Positions 21,248-31,051 of a stretch of 58,158 nucleotides of DNA are shown piece after piece. Within the stretch, counting starts at the first letter, position 1. Each line of letters begins with the position of its first letter. The DNA lies in contig CAZBUD010000011.1 of NCBI GenBank assembly GCA_964495015.1, positions 10,350-68,507 of the forward strand, in the 5' to 3' direction. This stretch comes from an uncultured Enterobacteriaceae bacterium (GTDB lineage: Bacteria > Desulfobacterota > Binatia > Bin18). Below the pieces are notes generated by a model. The model had not been told where the DNA came from and ran no database searches. It was given only the letters and a program-made list of their open reading frames with translations. The position numbers and the translations under genes were made by a program.

Positions 21248-22426
21248 TCATACTGCAAATTGAACGGGCAGGGTCTGCGGGCCTCGGACAATGAGCGACG
21301 CTACCTGAGCGATCTGTTCGGTCGCACAGGTGAATGGGGGACAGTCAAACAAGAGCGCCTCTAATGCCTTCCGACCTTCCAGACGAGCGAGCGGGGCGCC
21401 TAAGCAATAGTGGATACCATAACCAAATCCGACATGATCCTGAGGATTGCGTTCTACATCAAAGCGATTCGGTTCAGAGAATTTCCGCTCATCACGGTTG
21501 GCGGAACCCAGTAGCAGGAAAACGTTCTGTCCTGCCGGGATCTTCCCGCCTTTCAACTCCACGTCCTGCGCGGCCCGGCGAAAAATCACCTGGACAGGAG
21601 ATTCATAACGCAAAACTTCTTCCACGAGTGCAGGCACGAGGGCACAATCAGCGCGGACTTTTGCCAATTCATCTGGATGGTCGATCAGGCTAAGGACCGC
21701 GTTGCCAATCAAGTTCGTCGTAGTCTCGTTCCCCGCTAACAGTAGCAAGACGGCCAAGGCGAGGATCTCAGCTGAAGAAAGCATATCGCGCTCTTCCTCC
21801 GCTTGCACAAGAGCGGTAATCACGTCGTCTCCAGGGTCGGTCCGTCGGCGTTCGATCATGCGCTCAAAGTAGGCACGCAACTCAACTTCGCTCTTTCGAA
21901 TCTGAGCCCGATCAGCCTCGTCAGTCGGACGACTGGTGGCGCTAACCACGTCATCTGACCAACGCTTAAAATCATCGCGCCGCTCGGGCTCGACGCCGAG
22001 CATCTCCGCAATCACAATGGTAGGCAGCGGTCCGGAAAATGTCGAGACTAAGTCGCCCTCCGGTTGCCCGCGCAGCGCTTCCAGCAGCTCTTGCGTAATC
22101 GCCTGCACGCGCGGCTCAAGTGCGCGGATGAGACGCGGCGTAAAGCCTTTATTGGCCAACTTCCGTAACCGAGTATGATCGGGAGGATTCATGTCAAGAA
22201 TCCACGGCACTTCTGGAACGGGATTGAGATCACCCAAAGCCTCTGTGGTGAATACGGAAGATGAGAAGAGATGTGGATTGCGCAAGGCAAAGTCCACATC
22301 CGCATAGCGGCTCAGCGCCCAGCACTGAAAAGATTCAAGCCAGATAACTGGTGCTTTGTCTCTCAGCTCAGCATAATACGGATACGGATTGGCAATCACT
22401 TCTGGGGCAAGAGGGTTGAAGTTCAT
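21248..22426 (-). CDS. Cytochrome P450
   Basis: AGNETT I-helix, EEVLR (ExxR) and FGYGIHYCLG heme-binding motifs. Confidence 0.97.
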   Translation of the reverse strand: MNFNPLAPEVIANPYPYYAELRDKAPVIWLESFQCWALSRYADVDFALRNPHLFSSSVFTTEALGDLNPVPEVPWILDMNPPDHTRLRKLANKGFTPRLIRALEPRVQAITQELLEALRGQPEGDLVSTFSGPLPTIVIAEMLGVEPERRDDFKRWSDDVVSATSRPTDEADRAQIRKSEVELRAYFERMIERRRTDPGDDVITALVQAEEERDMLSSAEILALAVLLLLAGNETTTNLIGNAVLSLIDHPDELAKVRADCALVPALVEEVLRYESPVQVIFRRAAQDVELKGGKIPAGQNVFLLLGSANRDERKFSEPNRFDVERNPQDHVGFGYGIHYCLGAPLARLEGRKALEALLFDCPPFTCATEQIAQVASLIVRGPQTLPVQFAV

Positions 22427-22456
22427 GCAAAAATCTCTCCTTATGTATTCTCACTC

Positions 22457-22780
22457 TCATCCAAGGCGCTGCTGGCGCTCACGGAGGAGGAGGAACAGCG
22501 GCAGTCCCGCCGCAAATGCTACCAGCCACGAGACCCCCACACAGATCCAAACGTTGCGTGCGCCGAGTGTGGGACCTTCTGCAAACAGCAATACATTGAA
22601 GGCTGCAAACGCGATCAAGAGGTCGAACAGCAGCGACGCGGTTACCGCGCTTTCCATCGGTACAGTCCAGAAACCGACTAAGAGATTACCGCCTGCGCCA
22701 ATATACTGGAAGTTAAAATACATGGGGATGATCACCCCTAGGCCAACAAGAACCGCATAGACCATCTCGCGTGTCGTCAT
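22457..22780 (-). CDS. Small membrane protein, DUF2834-like
   Basis: Three hydrophobic segments, FDLLIA and GLPLFLLLRER. SD AAGGAG before ATG 22780. Confidence 0.7.
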   Translation of the reverse strand: MTTREMVYAVLVGLGVIIPMYFNFQYIGAGGNLLVGFWTVPMESAVTASLLFDLLIAFAAFNVLLFAEGPTLGARNVWICVGVSWLVAFAAGLPLFLLLRERQQRLG

Positions 22781-22848
22781 AATGCTCTCCTTACAAAAGA
22801 TTGAGTAAGACAATCTTTCGAAAATATCAGTCCGTGTGAGATATAATA

Positions 22849-24594
22849 TTAGGCCGCTCGACCGCGGCGCAGCAGCCCTCCCGGTGTAGCGCCAGTACAG
22901 TTGCCGTCCCGGACTGTCTCAACCCCGTTGACCATAATATGGCGGTAGCCTTCTGCTTTCTGCACCCGCCGCCACTCGCCAGCTGGCAGGTCATGGGCAA
23001 CCTCGACGGGCAGCAGTTTGAGATTGGCGAGATCGTAGACCACAATATCTGCGGCCAAGCCTTCCCGCAGGATACCGCGATCCTTGAACTGCGCAGCCCA
23101 CGCCGGTAGTGCGCTTAAGCGGAAATGGGCTTCTTCCAAGGTCAGTGAATGAGTATCGCGCACCAGCCAGGTCAGCATATCTGTGGGATACACCCCTAAC
23201 GTCAGAAACTTGATATGTGCCCCACCGTCAGACGAACCAGGAATGGCGACCGGAGAGCTCATCATCTCCTTATGGACTTGGGCATCACCATTGACGACAG
23301 GTCCTAACCAGTCTGCCTCAAGGTCGTCCGCCACGCTGATGTCCAAGATGACGTCAATGACATGCTTATTTTCCCGTTTGGCGATCTTTCCGACCGACTG
23401 GTTCAGATATTTCTCACGTAGCTCTGGATTATTGATCGTAATCGCAATGAACTTATGCAGTTCACCAAAGATAAAATCACGCGCCGGCGTGCCGGCGTCG
23501 TACTCTGCCCGCATAGGTTTACGCCTGTTCGGATCGGCTAATTTTGTTCGCTTCTCTTCGACCGTGCCCAGGGTTGCCTCGCGCCAGGTCTCATTGTCAT
23601 CAAAGAGATTCCAGTCTTTAAAATTGATGGTAAATGGCGCGCGGACCGTTGCCGCTTGTCCATATACTGGAATCCCTTGCTCGACCATGTCGTTCAGCCA
23701 CCTGAGCTGTATGCGCAGCGGTTCAATAGCCTGTTCGTGTGCCACCAGGGCATTATAAAGCACAGCGTGATTGCTCTGTTTCGCCAGTTGCGTATTAAAG
23801 TCCATATCGCGACCCATACCGATGCCTTCGTCATTCGACGACGCGCTCGACTGGGTAAACTGGATGAAGCCAATACCATGTGAGTCTAACGCTTGGGCCA
23901 TAGTCAGATAGAACTCATCCGACAGGACGTCCGAGATCATCAGCGTGCCATCCTAGTCGCGCTGCACCGAGGCTGCACTGTCCGGGAAAAGTCGCTGCGC
24001 GCCCCAGCCGACGGCACCCGCTTGCATGGCTTCGTGGAATAGCTGCACCGCATTTCGCACTTCTTTTTCGTTTGGTAAGCGTTTCTTAGCCTCAGCAAAT
24101 CCGCCCTTCACGTAGGCAACCAGGGGCGTGACAGGAACAAGCTGCGAGAGATTAATGCCTAGCGGCAGACGGTCAAGATGATCCATCCACTCGGGGAAGG
24201 TCTCCCAATCCGGTGCCATGGACACTTTCATGGGTGCGAGTGGGATGGCTTCGTTGCACGACAGGGACAGCAGAGCGCGATCAAAGTCTTTGCCATGCAC
24301 CTGCGCGAAACCAAAACCACAGTTGCCGATGGTTACAGAAGTGACGCCATGCAAGCCGCCGATGGAGCAGTACGGGTCCCAGTGAACCTGCGCATCGTAG
24401 TGTGTATGCAGGTCAATAAAACCAGGCGCGACGATCATGCCGCCCGCATCTATGACCTTGCCCCCATCACTCTTCTTGAGTCGCCCAATCTGAGCAATCT
24501 TGCCGTTCTTGAGCCCGATATCCGCCTTGTAGCGCGGCACCCGCGTGCCGTCGACAATCATACCACCGGTAATGATGGTATCGAACTGTGGCAT
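22849..24594 (-). pseudogene. N-acyl-D-amino-acid deacylase-family amidohydrolase interrupted by one in-frame TAG
   Basis: ORFs 23953-24594 and 22849-23940 share a frame: ...VQRD-TAG-DGTLMISD.... Motifs PGFIDLHTHYD and SDGGAH are intact. Confidence 0.85.
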
Positions 24595-24813
24595 AGTCTC
24601 TCTCCCCTCAAGGGATGAGCTTGGTGCGTGACTCCTTGGGAAACCTGTTGCCTCTAGAATCTATTACACTGAAGCTTGGGGTCTACAAGCTTTAGGAGAA
24701 AAATATTTTCGCCTTCATATTGTCACACAACCCCATTTGTTCCTGGTAGAATTCGGTGTACCTGACAGAGGCGTAGTATGCACGCATCGTATGGAAGAGG
24801 GAAGCTTTGCCGC

Positions 24814-25296
24814 ATGGCAAAGAAAAGAAAACCCGTTCTGGAAGATCTCGCCACCGCCTTGACGAATCTCTTCTTGCCCGTTCCCTACCGGATCGGCGTC
24901 GCATTTGAAGAGACCCTCCGGTGTGGCCGACTCCACCGCAAACAGGTCGCCATCTTGTGGCTTATGCAGGCCGCGGGTGGAGCAGCATGCAGCATGCGTC
25001 GCAAAGATATTGAACGCTTACTCGCAGCATGGTTTGAAACGAGTAGTTCGACGATCACGCCTGCCCTTGGCACACTCGCGCAGTCTCCGTTGCAGTTCGT
25101 CCGCATTGGTGAAGACCCAGATTTGGGCTGCGAGAAGCGCGTCACCCTCACCACCAAAGGCAAGAAGTTCCTGCTCACGATGGACGCGGCAAGCCGAACG
25201 TTTGCCCAACGGGTACTGGAACGAATGCCAAAGGCAGAAATCCGAGCGATGGTACGCCTGATGAACAGAAGTATTGAGGCGCTTGAGCAGGGATAA
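24814..25296 (+). CDS. MarR-like winged-helix regulator
   Basis: DPDLGCEKRVTLTTKGK wing motif; transcribed divergently from the amidohydrolase/P450 genes. Confidence 0.7.
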   Translation: MAKKRKPVLEDLATALTNLFLPVPYRIGVAFEETLRCGRLHRKQVAILWLMQAAGGAACSMRRKDIERLLAAWFETSSSTITPALGTLAQSPLQFVRIGEDPDLGCEKRVTLTTKGKKFLLTMDAASRTFAQRVLERMPKAEIRAMVRLMNRSIEALEQG

Positions 25297-25311
25297 AAGA
25301 GGAGGAGCAGC

Positions 25312-26382
25312 ATGTTACAAACAATGATTACCGGCAGTTTGCCAAGACCAACCTGGCTGGCCCCCCCGCGCCAAATTTCTTCTGTCTCATTGCGGCTAAA
25401 AGACACTGCGTTACAAGAAGGCCAAGACGACGCGGTTTGCCTGGCGCTGACCGATCAGCAGGAAGCCGGCCTGGATATTGTAACCGACGGAGAACAACGC
25501 CGCCGTCACTACATCTGGGGATTGACCGAAGGACTCTGCGGCATCGATTTTAGCAATATGGTTAAAAAAGACACTCGTGGTGGGCGCTATAAGACGTTAG
25601 TAGATGTCGCGCGCGTAACAGAACCGGTCCGCCGACCAGGCTCCATTTTCCTTGACGCCTTGCGCTTCCTCAAGCAACGCACGACGCTGCCGGTCAAAGT
25701 CACACTGCCGGGTCCGATGACGACGACGGACACGCTTGCCGACGAACATTACGGCGAGACACGCCGCTTGGCTGCGGATCTTGCCCAGGCGCTGAACGAA
25801 GAAGCGTGTGAACTGGCAGAAAACGGTTGTGACATTATTCAGTTCGATGAACCGTGTTTTAATATCTATCTCGACGAGGTTGAGGACTGGGGCATCGAGA
25901 TGCTTCAGGTAGCCGCCAAGGGCGTGCAAGCAAAAACCGCCGTCCATATCTGCTACGGCTATGGAATTCCCCTGGTCTTAGCATGGAAGACAAAAAATAC
26001 AGATTGGAGTCATTACCAGCGGACACTGCCTCTGCTCCGCACCAGCAGCATTGATATGATCTCGGTTGAATGTGCGGCCTCAGGCGTTGATCCGTCCGTC
26101 CTCGGGCTCGCCAAGGGGAAGGACATCATGGTTGGCGTCATTGATGTTGGGACAGAAGAAATTGAAACACCGGAAACCGTCGCTGAGCGCATTCGAGCCG
26201 CGCTCGCCCATGTTGCCCCCGACCAGCTCTACCCGTGTACGGACTGCGGCATGATCCCACGCTCTCGGGCGGCCGCACGCGGCAAAATGAAAGCATTGGC
26301 AGATGGCGCCTGGCTTGTACGCACGGAGCTGGTGAGCGGAATGATCGCGGGCATTCCCAGGGTAGGCCGACCGGAGAAATAG
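25312..26382 (+). CDS. Cobalamin-independent methionine synthase II family (catalytic domain only)
   Basis: GSLPRP, TDGEQRR, QFDEP, HICYG and DCG Zn-ligand motifs. Confidence 0.9.
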   Translation: MLQTMITGSLPRPTWLAPPRQISSVSLRLKDTALQEGQDDAVCLALTDQQEAGLDIVTDGEQRRRHYIWGLTEGLCGIDFSNMVKKDTRGGRYKTLVDVARVTEPVRRPGSIFLDALRFLKQRTTLPVKVTLPGPMTTTDTLADEHYGETRRLAADLAQALNEEACELAENGCDIIQFDEPCFNIYLDEVEDWGIEMLQVAAKGVQAKTAVHICYGYGIPLVLAWKTKNTDWSHYQRTLPLLRTSSIDMISVECAASGVDPSVLGLAKGKDIMVGVIDVGTEEIETPETVAERIRAALAHVAPDQLYPCTDCGMIPRSRAAARGKMKALADGAWLVRTELVSGMIAGIPRVGRPEK

Positions 26383-26583
26383 ATCATTGCATATGAAGAA
26401 ACGCGAGAAGTACACGGAAGCTGAGGTTGCGGACAATTGGCTCATCCACGACAGCACGGAGGAAATTGATTAGACTAAGCCAGGAGTCCGTCTAGAGTTT
26501 GATCCGGCTCTTAGGAGTGGTATAGATCCAGAGATTAGGGCGATAGTACATAAACGAAGCCCCTCCATCCAGAAGAATTCCAA

Positions 26584-27462
26584 ATGTCACATATGAAGAT
26601 TAATGGCGTCAACCTTTATGTTGAAGACGCAGGCACTGGCGATCCCATTATCTTTGCACACGAGTTCGGCGGGGATGCCCGGAGCTGGCAGCCGCAGGTC
26701 ACGCACTTTTCCAGCCGGTATCGTTGCATCACTTTTAACGCACGAGGATATCCGCCCTCCGACGTACCCGCAGACGAAACTCTCTACGGTCAGCAGATCG
26801 CAACCAACGATCTCAAGGGCGTGCTTGACGCGCTCGACATCGAGCGGGCGTTCGTCGTTGGTCTAAGTATGGGCGCCTATACCGGCTTAATGTTCGCCAT
26901 GCAGCATCCCGAACGCGTACATAGTCTTATATTTGCCAGCGGGGGATCAGGTGCATATCCAGACACACGTCAGCAGTTCCTAGCCGACTCGAACGCGCTG
27001 GCCGATACAATGCTGCAAGCGGACTCAGTCGATGTGTCGGGGATTTCTTCTGGCCCGAGCCGGGTACAACTTCAGAACAAAAATTACAAAGTCTGGGAAC
27101 AGTTCGCAGCCCATTTCTCCGAGCATTCCGCCGTCGGTTCGGCTTATACCTTGCGCCACGTACAAGCCGAACGACCGTCGCTGTACGAGCTCACCGATGA
27201 TCTCCACGCCATGACCACGCCCACGCTCCTGGTTGTGGGTGACGAAGATGAGTCTTGTCTCGATGTCAATCTGTATCTCAAACGAACCATGCCGTACTCC
27301 GGTTTCAGCATCTTGCCCAAAAGCGGCCACCTCTTGAATCTTGAGGAACCGGAACGCTTCAACGCCCTACTGGACAAATTTTTCCAGGCTATCACGGCTG
27401 GGCAGTGGAGCCGCAGAGACCCACGCTCTGAGAACGTAAGTGCGTTTGGACAGAAGACGTAG
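26584..27462 (+). CDS. Alpha/beta hydrolase
   Basis: HEFGG, GLSMG nucleophile elbow, GDED and GHLLNLE motifs. Confidence 0.9.
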   Translation: MSHMKINGVNLYVEDAGTGDPIIFAHEFGGDARSWQPQVTHFSSRYRCITFNARGYPPSDVPADETLYGQQIATNDLKGVLDALDIERAFVVGLSMGAYTGLMFAMQHPERVHSLIFASGGSGAYPDTRQQFLADSNALADTMLQADSVDVSGISSGPSRVQLQNKNYKVWEQFAAHFSEHSAVGSAYTLRHVQAERPSLYELTDDLHAMTTPTLLVVGDEDESCLDVNLYLKRTMPYSGFSILPKSGHLLNLEEPERFNALLDKFFQAITAGQWSRRDPRSENVSAFGQKT

Positions 27463-27605
27463 TAAGAAGTTCGGGAGAGAACGTTTGTTCCCTGAGCAAG
27501 GGAGAAATAGTTTCTCTTCCGTCCTCCGCAAAGAACTGACGCCGACGCCGCTAAGGAAACCGGGAAACGTCTCAAGGACCGGATTCACAAATACGCTCGC
27601 TTCGT

Positions 27606-28243
27606 ATGGTGGATGGGTGGGCTGCTTGTCGCCCTCTTCGTTTTACTTGCATCCATGGGCTATGGGAATTTCAACGCCGCTGTAACACAAGCGCGAGCCC
27701 CGAAAAAATCTACGTGCAGCTTGGAAAGGAGCTTGAGGGCGTCTCGGCCCAGTCCAAGGCAGAGATCCAGAGAGACGTAAAGGCAGCTAAAAGCGTAGTG
27801 ACACGCATCGGAGAGACTGCTGACGAGGCCGAGCACAAGTCCTAGAGAATCACGGACAAGCCCCTGAGTTAGCGCAACTATACCCTCGACGGAACGTATA
27901 GGCCTATATCACCCAAGGGAGTCGACAATGGCTGAGAAAGAACCACTACGAAGCCCTCATCGCCTACGACAAAGCCCTCACTCTCGACCCCGGCTATGCC
28001 GCTGCCTGGAGGAATAAAGGCGACACGTATTCGCGCTTAGGCGACCGAGACCAGGCGCTGGATCATCTTCGCAAAGTCATCGAACTCGATCCGACCATGG
28101 CCACTGTGGCAGTTGAAAGGGGACTTTATCAGGCTCTTTGGGAGGATGAAGTCTTTAGGCGGCTCGTGGAGAACGCCGAAATGGAAGACTCCGAACCGGA
28201 GGGCACAAAAGCAGAGGACGCCACACAGGCAGCAGGGGAATGA
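27606..28243 (+). pseudogene. Decayed TPR-containing protein
   Basis: Frame 27902-28243 reads AYITQG...YEALIAYDKALTLDPGYAAAWRNKGDTYSRLGDRDQALDHLRKVIELDP (TPR consensus) but has no start. The upstream part is broken by stops. Confidence 0.7.
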
Positions 28244-28368
28244 CATCGTTGCGGCTCGAAGACGCCGGGATACAAAAAGGCCAATCTGACGGCGGCTACC
28301 CCAGAGCCCACACAAGAGCACTAACCGGCTTTGGGGCCAAGCATCCACCTGTAGGCAGAAGAGTCCAG

Positions 28369-29130
28369 CTACTGGGCGACCCAGCCGCCGTCGACTACCA
28401 TGGGATGACCAGTCACAAACGATGCCGCGTCTGAACACAGCCACACGACTGCTTCAGCAATCTCTTCAGGCTTGCCCAAACGACCGATTGGCTCTTTAGC
28501 AGTCATGCCGTCTTCTATGCGCGGGTCGAGCTCCATACCTCGCTCGAACATCGGAGTCCGGATGACACCTGGACACACCGCGTTCACCCGAATGCCAGCC
28601 TTGGCGTATTCCAAGGCCGCTGTCTTTGTCAGTCCGAGCACACCATGCTTTGCCGCGACATAGGCGGGCCCACTCCGAAAGCCTACTAAGCCGGCAACCG
28701 AAGCCGTATTCACAATAGCGCCGCTGCCTTGTGCCAGCATGTGTTGGAGTTCGTACTTCATACACAGCCATACGCCCGTCAGGTTAATAGAGATGACCCG
28801 ATCCCAGTGTTTCTCCTTGTAATCTCCGGTCCTGGCGGCAGCGCCAGCTATGCCGGCATTATTAAACGCACAGTCGAGTCGCCCATACGTACCGACGGCG
28901 TGTTTGACTAATGTCTCGACTTGCACGGCCTGGGCAACATCGGTCTGAACAAATGAGGCTTCTCCACCGGCGTCTGTGATGAGCTTGGCCGTCTCGAGCC
29001 CACCTTCAACAACCACATCAGAAACTACGACCTTCGCTCCTTCGCGTGCTAAAGCCAAAGACGCCGAGCGCCCAATACCGGACCCTCCGCCGGTGACAAG
29101 TGCAATTTTGCCGTCTACATGTCCTGCCAT
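28369..29130 (-). CDS. SDR oxidoreductase (glucose 1-dehydrogenase/cyclic alcohol dehydrogenase-like)
   Basis: TGGGSGIG, FNNAG and YVAAK motifs. Confidence 0.93.
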   Translation of the reverse strand: MAGHVDGKIALVTGGGSGIGRSASLALAREGAKVVVSDVVVEGGLETAKLITDAGGEASFVQTDVAQAVQVETLVKHAVGTYGRLDCAFNNAGIAGAAARTGDYKEKHWDRVISINLTGVWLCMKYELQHMLAQGSGAIVNTASVAGLVGFRSGPAYVAAKHGVLGLTKTAALEYAKAGIRVNAVCPGVIRTPMFERGMELDPRIEDGMTAKEPIGRLGKPEEIAEAVVWLCSDAASFVTGHPMVVDGGWVAQ

Positions 29131-29203
29131 TTCTTTATCCCCCCATATCTATCAGAGAGTTTCTTCTAGCGTGTTGGCGAGGTAACCTCGGCCCTCTGGC
29201 CCT

Positions 29204-30334
29204 TCATTCCCCATTTGGAGTGAGCTTCACAATAAACCCATCCGGCAGCTCACGCTTGCCAGCAATGAAATCGCCGTTGATGTCCGTTACCCATAACGTG
29301 CCATCAACGACCTGTAATCCAGCCGGATTCATGAATCCACTCGCTACCAGGTGTAGCTGTCCGTCCCCGGTCACGCGGTAGATCTTGCCATCTGTCTCTA
29401 GCACTTGCGTCATGGGAACAGGCGCTTGGATATTCGCAACGTCAGAGACAAATATCTGCCCGCCGTATGACCCAAAACCATCCGGAGCGAGGGTAATCCC
29501 CATAGGCTGGGCGAGCCCCTCAGCAACAGGCTGCACATCAACTGTGCCGTCAGCCGAAATCCGAATGATCATGCCACTGCCGGCTGTCGGTGGTTCGAGT
29601 ATGCCGCCCTTTTTGAGCGTGACCAGCATCCATTGACCATCCGACGAGAACGCGATCCCCATGGGTGCCCCTGTAACCCTACCGTTAAGGGTGACAAACG
29701 CTGAGCACGCACCATCGGCCGTCACCTGGTAGATCGAATTGTTAAAAGCGGTGACCGCAAAAAATCTATCCCCAAACGCACTGCCTGACGGGCCAAAACG
29801 CGCATCCACCCCAAAGCCGCTCACCCCTTGGTTGGTTTTGCCGGTTTCTGCCAGCGTGCATACGACTTCTGCAACGTCTTTCGATTTCGGATTGACCCGT
29901 TGAATGACATGATTGGCCGTCGCACCCGGTGCAGCCACCTTGGCTTGGGCAATGGCATAAATGTGACCGGCAGTCGCACCAAAACTCTCCGGAGCCACAC
30001 CAAATCCCGTCGTTGGCAGCAAACGTCCAAGGCCAACCAGCTCAGATATTTGCCCATCCTTACTGATCGAAACAATGCGGCTGCCCTTCTCGCCTTCCTC
30101 TCCACCGTCGTCGTTCAGCCACACCGAGTCGCCTTGAGGATGAGGCCATAGCGGGTCATAGAACTCACCCGGAGGGATGAACATTTCAGCGCTAAATCCG
30201 GCCTCGGCTTCAATTGTTGGGGCCGCCATCAAGCGGTCGAGTAACCCTTCGACCTCTTCTGCTGCGAAAGCAGAAGTCCAGCAGACTCCCCAGCTCATAC
30301 CAAGCGCGACAATCAATCTGTGTCCTACGTACAT
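29204..30334 (-). CDS. Secreted beta-propeller-like hypothetical protein
   Basis: Signal-like N-terminus ending SAFA; repeated PMGIAF/PMGITL/PAGLQV blade-like motifs. Confidence 0.7.
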   Translation of the reverse strand: MYVGHRLIVALGMSWGVCWTSAFAAEEVEGLLDRLMAAPTIEAEAGFSAEMFIPPGEFYDPLWPHPQGDSVWLNDDGGEEGEKGSRIVSISKDGQISELVGLGRLLPTTGFGVAPESFGATAGHIYAIAQAKVAAPGATANHVIQRVNPKSKDVAEVVCTLAETGKTNQGVSGFGVDARFGPSGSAFGDRFFAVTAFNNSIYQVTADGACSAFVTLNGRVTGAPMGIAFSSDGQWMLVTLKKGGILEPPTAGSGMIIRISADGTVDVQPVAEGLAQPMGITLAPDGFGSYGGQIFVSDVANIQAPVPMTQVLETDGKIYRVTGDGQLHLVASGFMNPAGLQVVDGTLWVTDINGDFIAGKRELPDGFIVKLTPNGE

Positions 30335-30556
30335 TGTTCCCCTCCCTGTAAAAATGAAGGCCCAATTTTGGCACATGTAGGGCTATTTTGCACCAGGTCC
30401 AAATTCTTGACTGAACATGCGCAGACGCACACAGTCTGGGCGGTCGATTTCAACGGGGAAAATATGACTAGCAATGTGCCGCCTTGCAAACCGCGACCTT
30501 TTCAGCGGGATCACGTGTCTCCCGAATCCAGCGTAAATTGTGCGGGAAGAGTTATC

Positions 30557-31051
30557 ATGCATGCAAAATGGCCTAGAATCCCTTATTGTACCCGTCTGCT
30601 CAGCCTTGCCAGCATCATGGTCGGACGTGGGACTGGCCATGCTCAAGAGACGTTTACTCCCCCGCTTCCCTCGTACGGCCCATTTGCGGCGCAGGAACTA
30701 CAAGGGCACGATTTCAGCGTCTTTGATTCGTTTCAAATCCAACCCAGTTTGAAAGTCGATCTCGAAGATCTGCAGTATCTGCTCGATGCCATCGAGGCCG
30801 GGCGGTTCACAGCTCTCCCATCTGCGGATGTTGTGGGCGACGACTCAACGACAACGGCTATAGTGTTTGTGTCCGTTGCGTTTGAGCATTTGCTGTTATT
30901 TCCAACAGAAGACGGGCAAGACATCAAAGGACCGACCTCACGCCTCACGGTCTTCACGTCTGTCATGGACAATTCCTCTGCGCCCCCCAGTCGGGAATTT
31001 GCGGTCCTCGGCGTCTACGCCCCCAACCCTAGTGTCCTCAACACTGTGTAA
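30557..31051 (+). CDS. Hypothetical protein, possibly exported and truncated
   Basis: Open frame with a GHAQE signal-like site. Overlaps the 3' end of the convergent membrane gene. Confidence 0.4.
   Translation: MHAKWPRIPYCTRLLSLASIMVGRGTGHAQETFTPPLPSYGPFAAQELQGHDFSVFDSFQIQPSLKVDLEDLQYLLDAIEAGRFTALPSADVVGDDSTTTAIVFVSVAFEHLLLFPTEDGQDIKGPTSRLTVFTSVMDNSSAPPSREFAVLGVYAPNPSVLNTV

Noticed and set aside
23953-23955. In-frame TAG read as pyrrolysine
   Set aside because: Not a methylamine methyltransferase, no pyl genes in the window, and a point nonsense mutation is simpler.
26393-26473. 26-codon ORF MKKREKYTEAEVADNW...
   Set aside because: Too short, no clear SD, and no family can be assigned.
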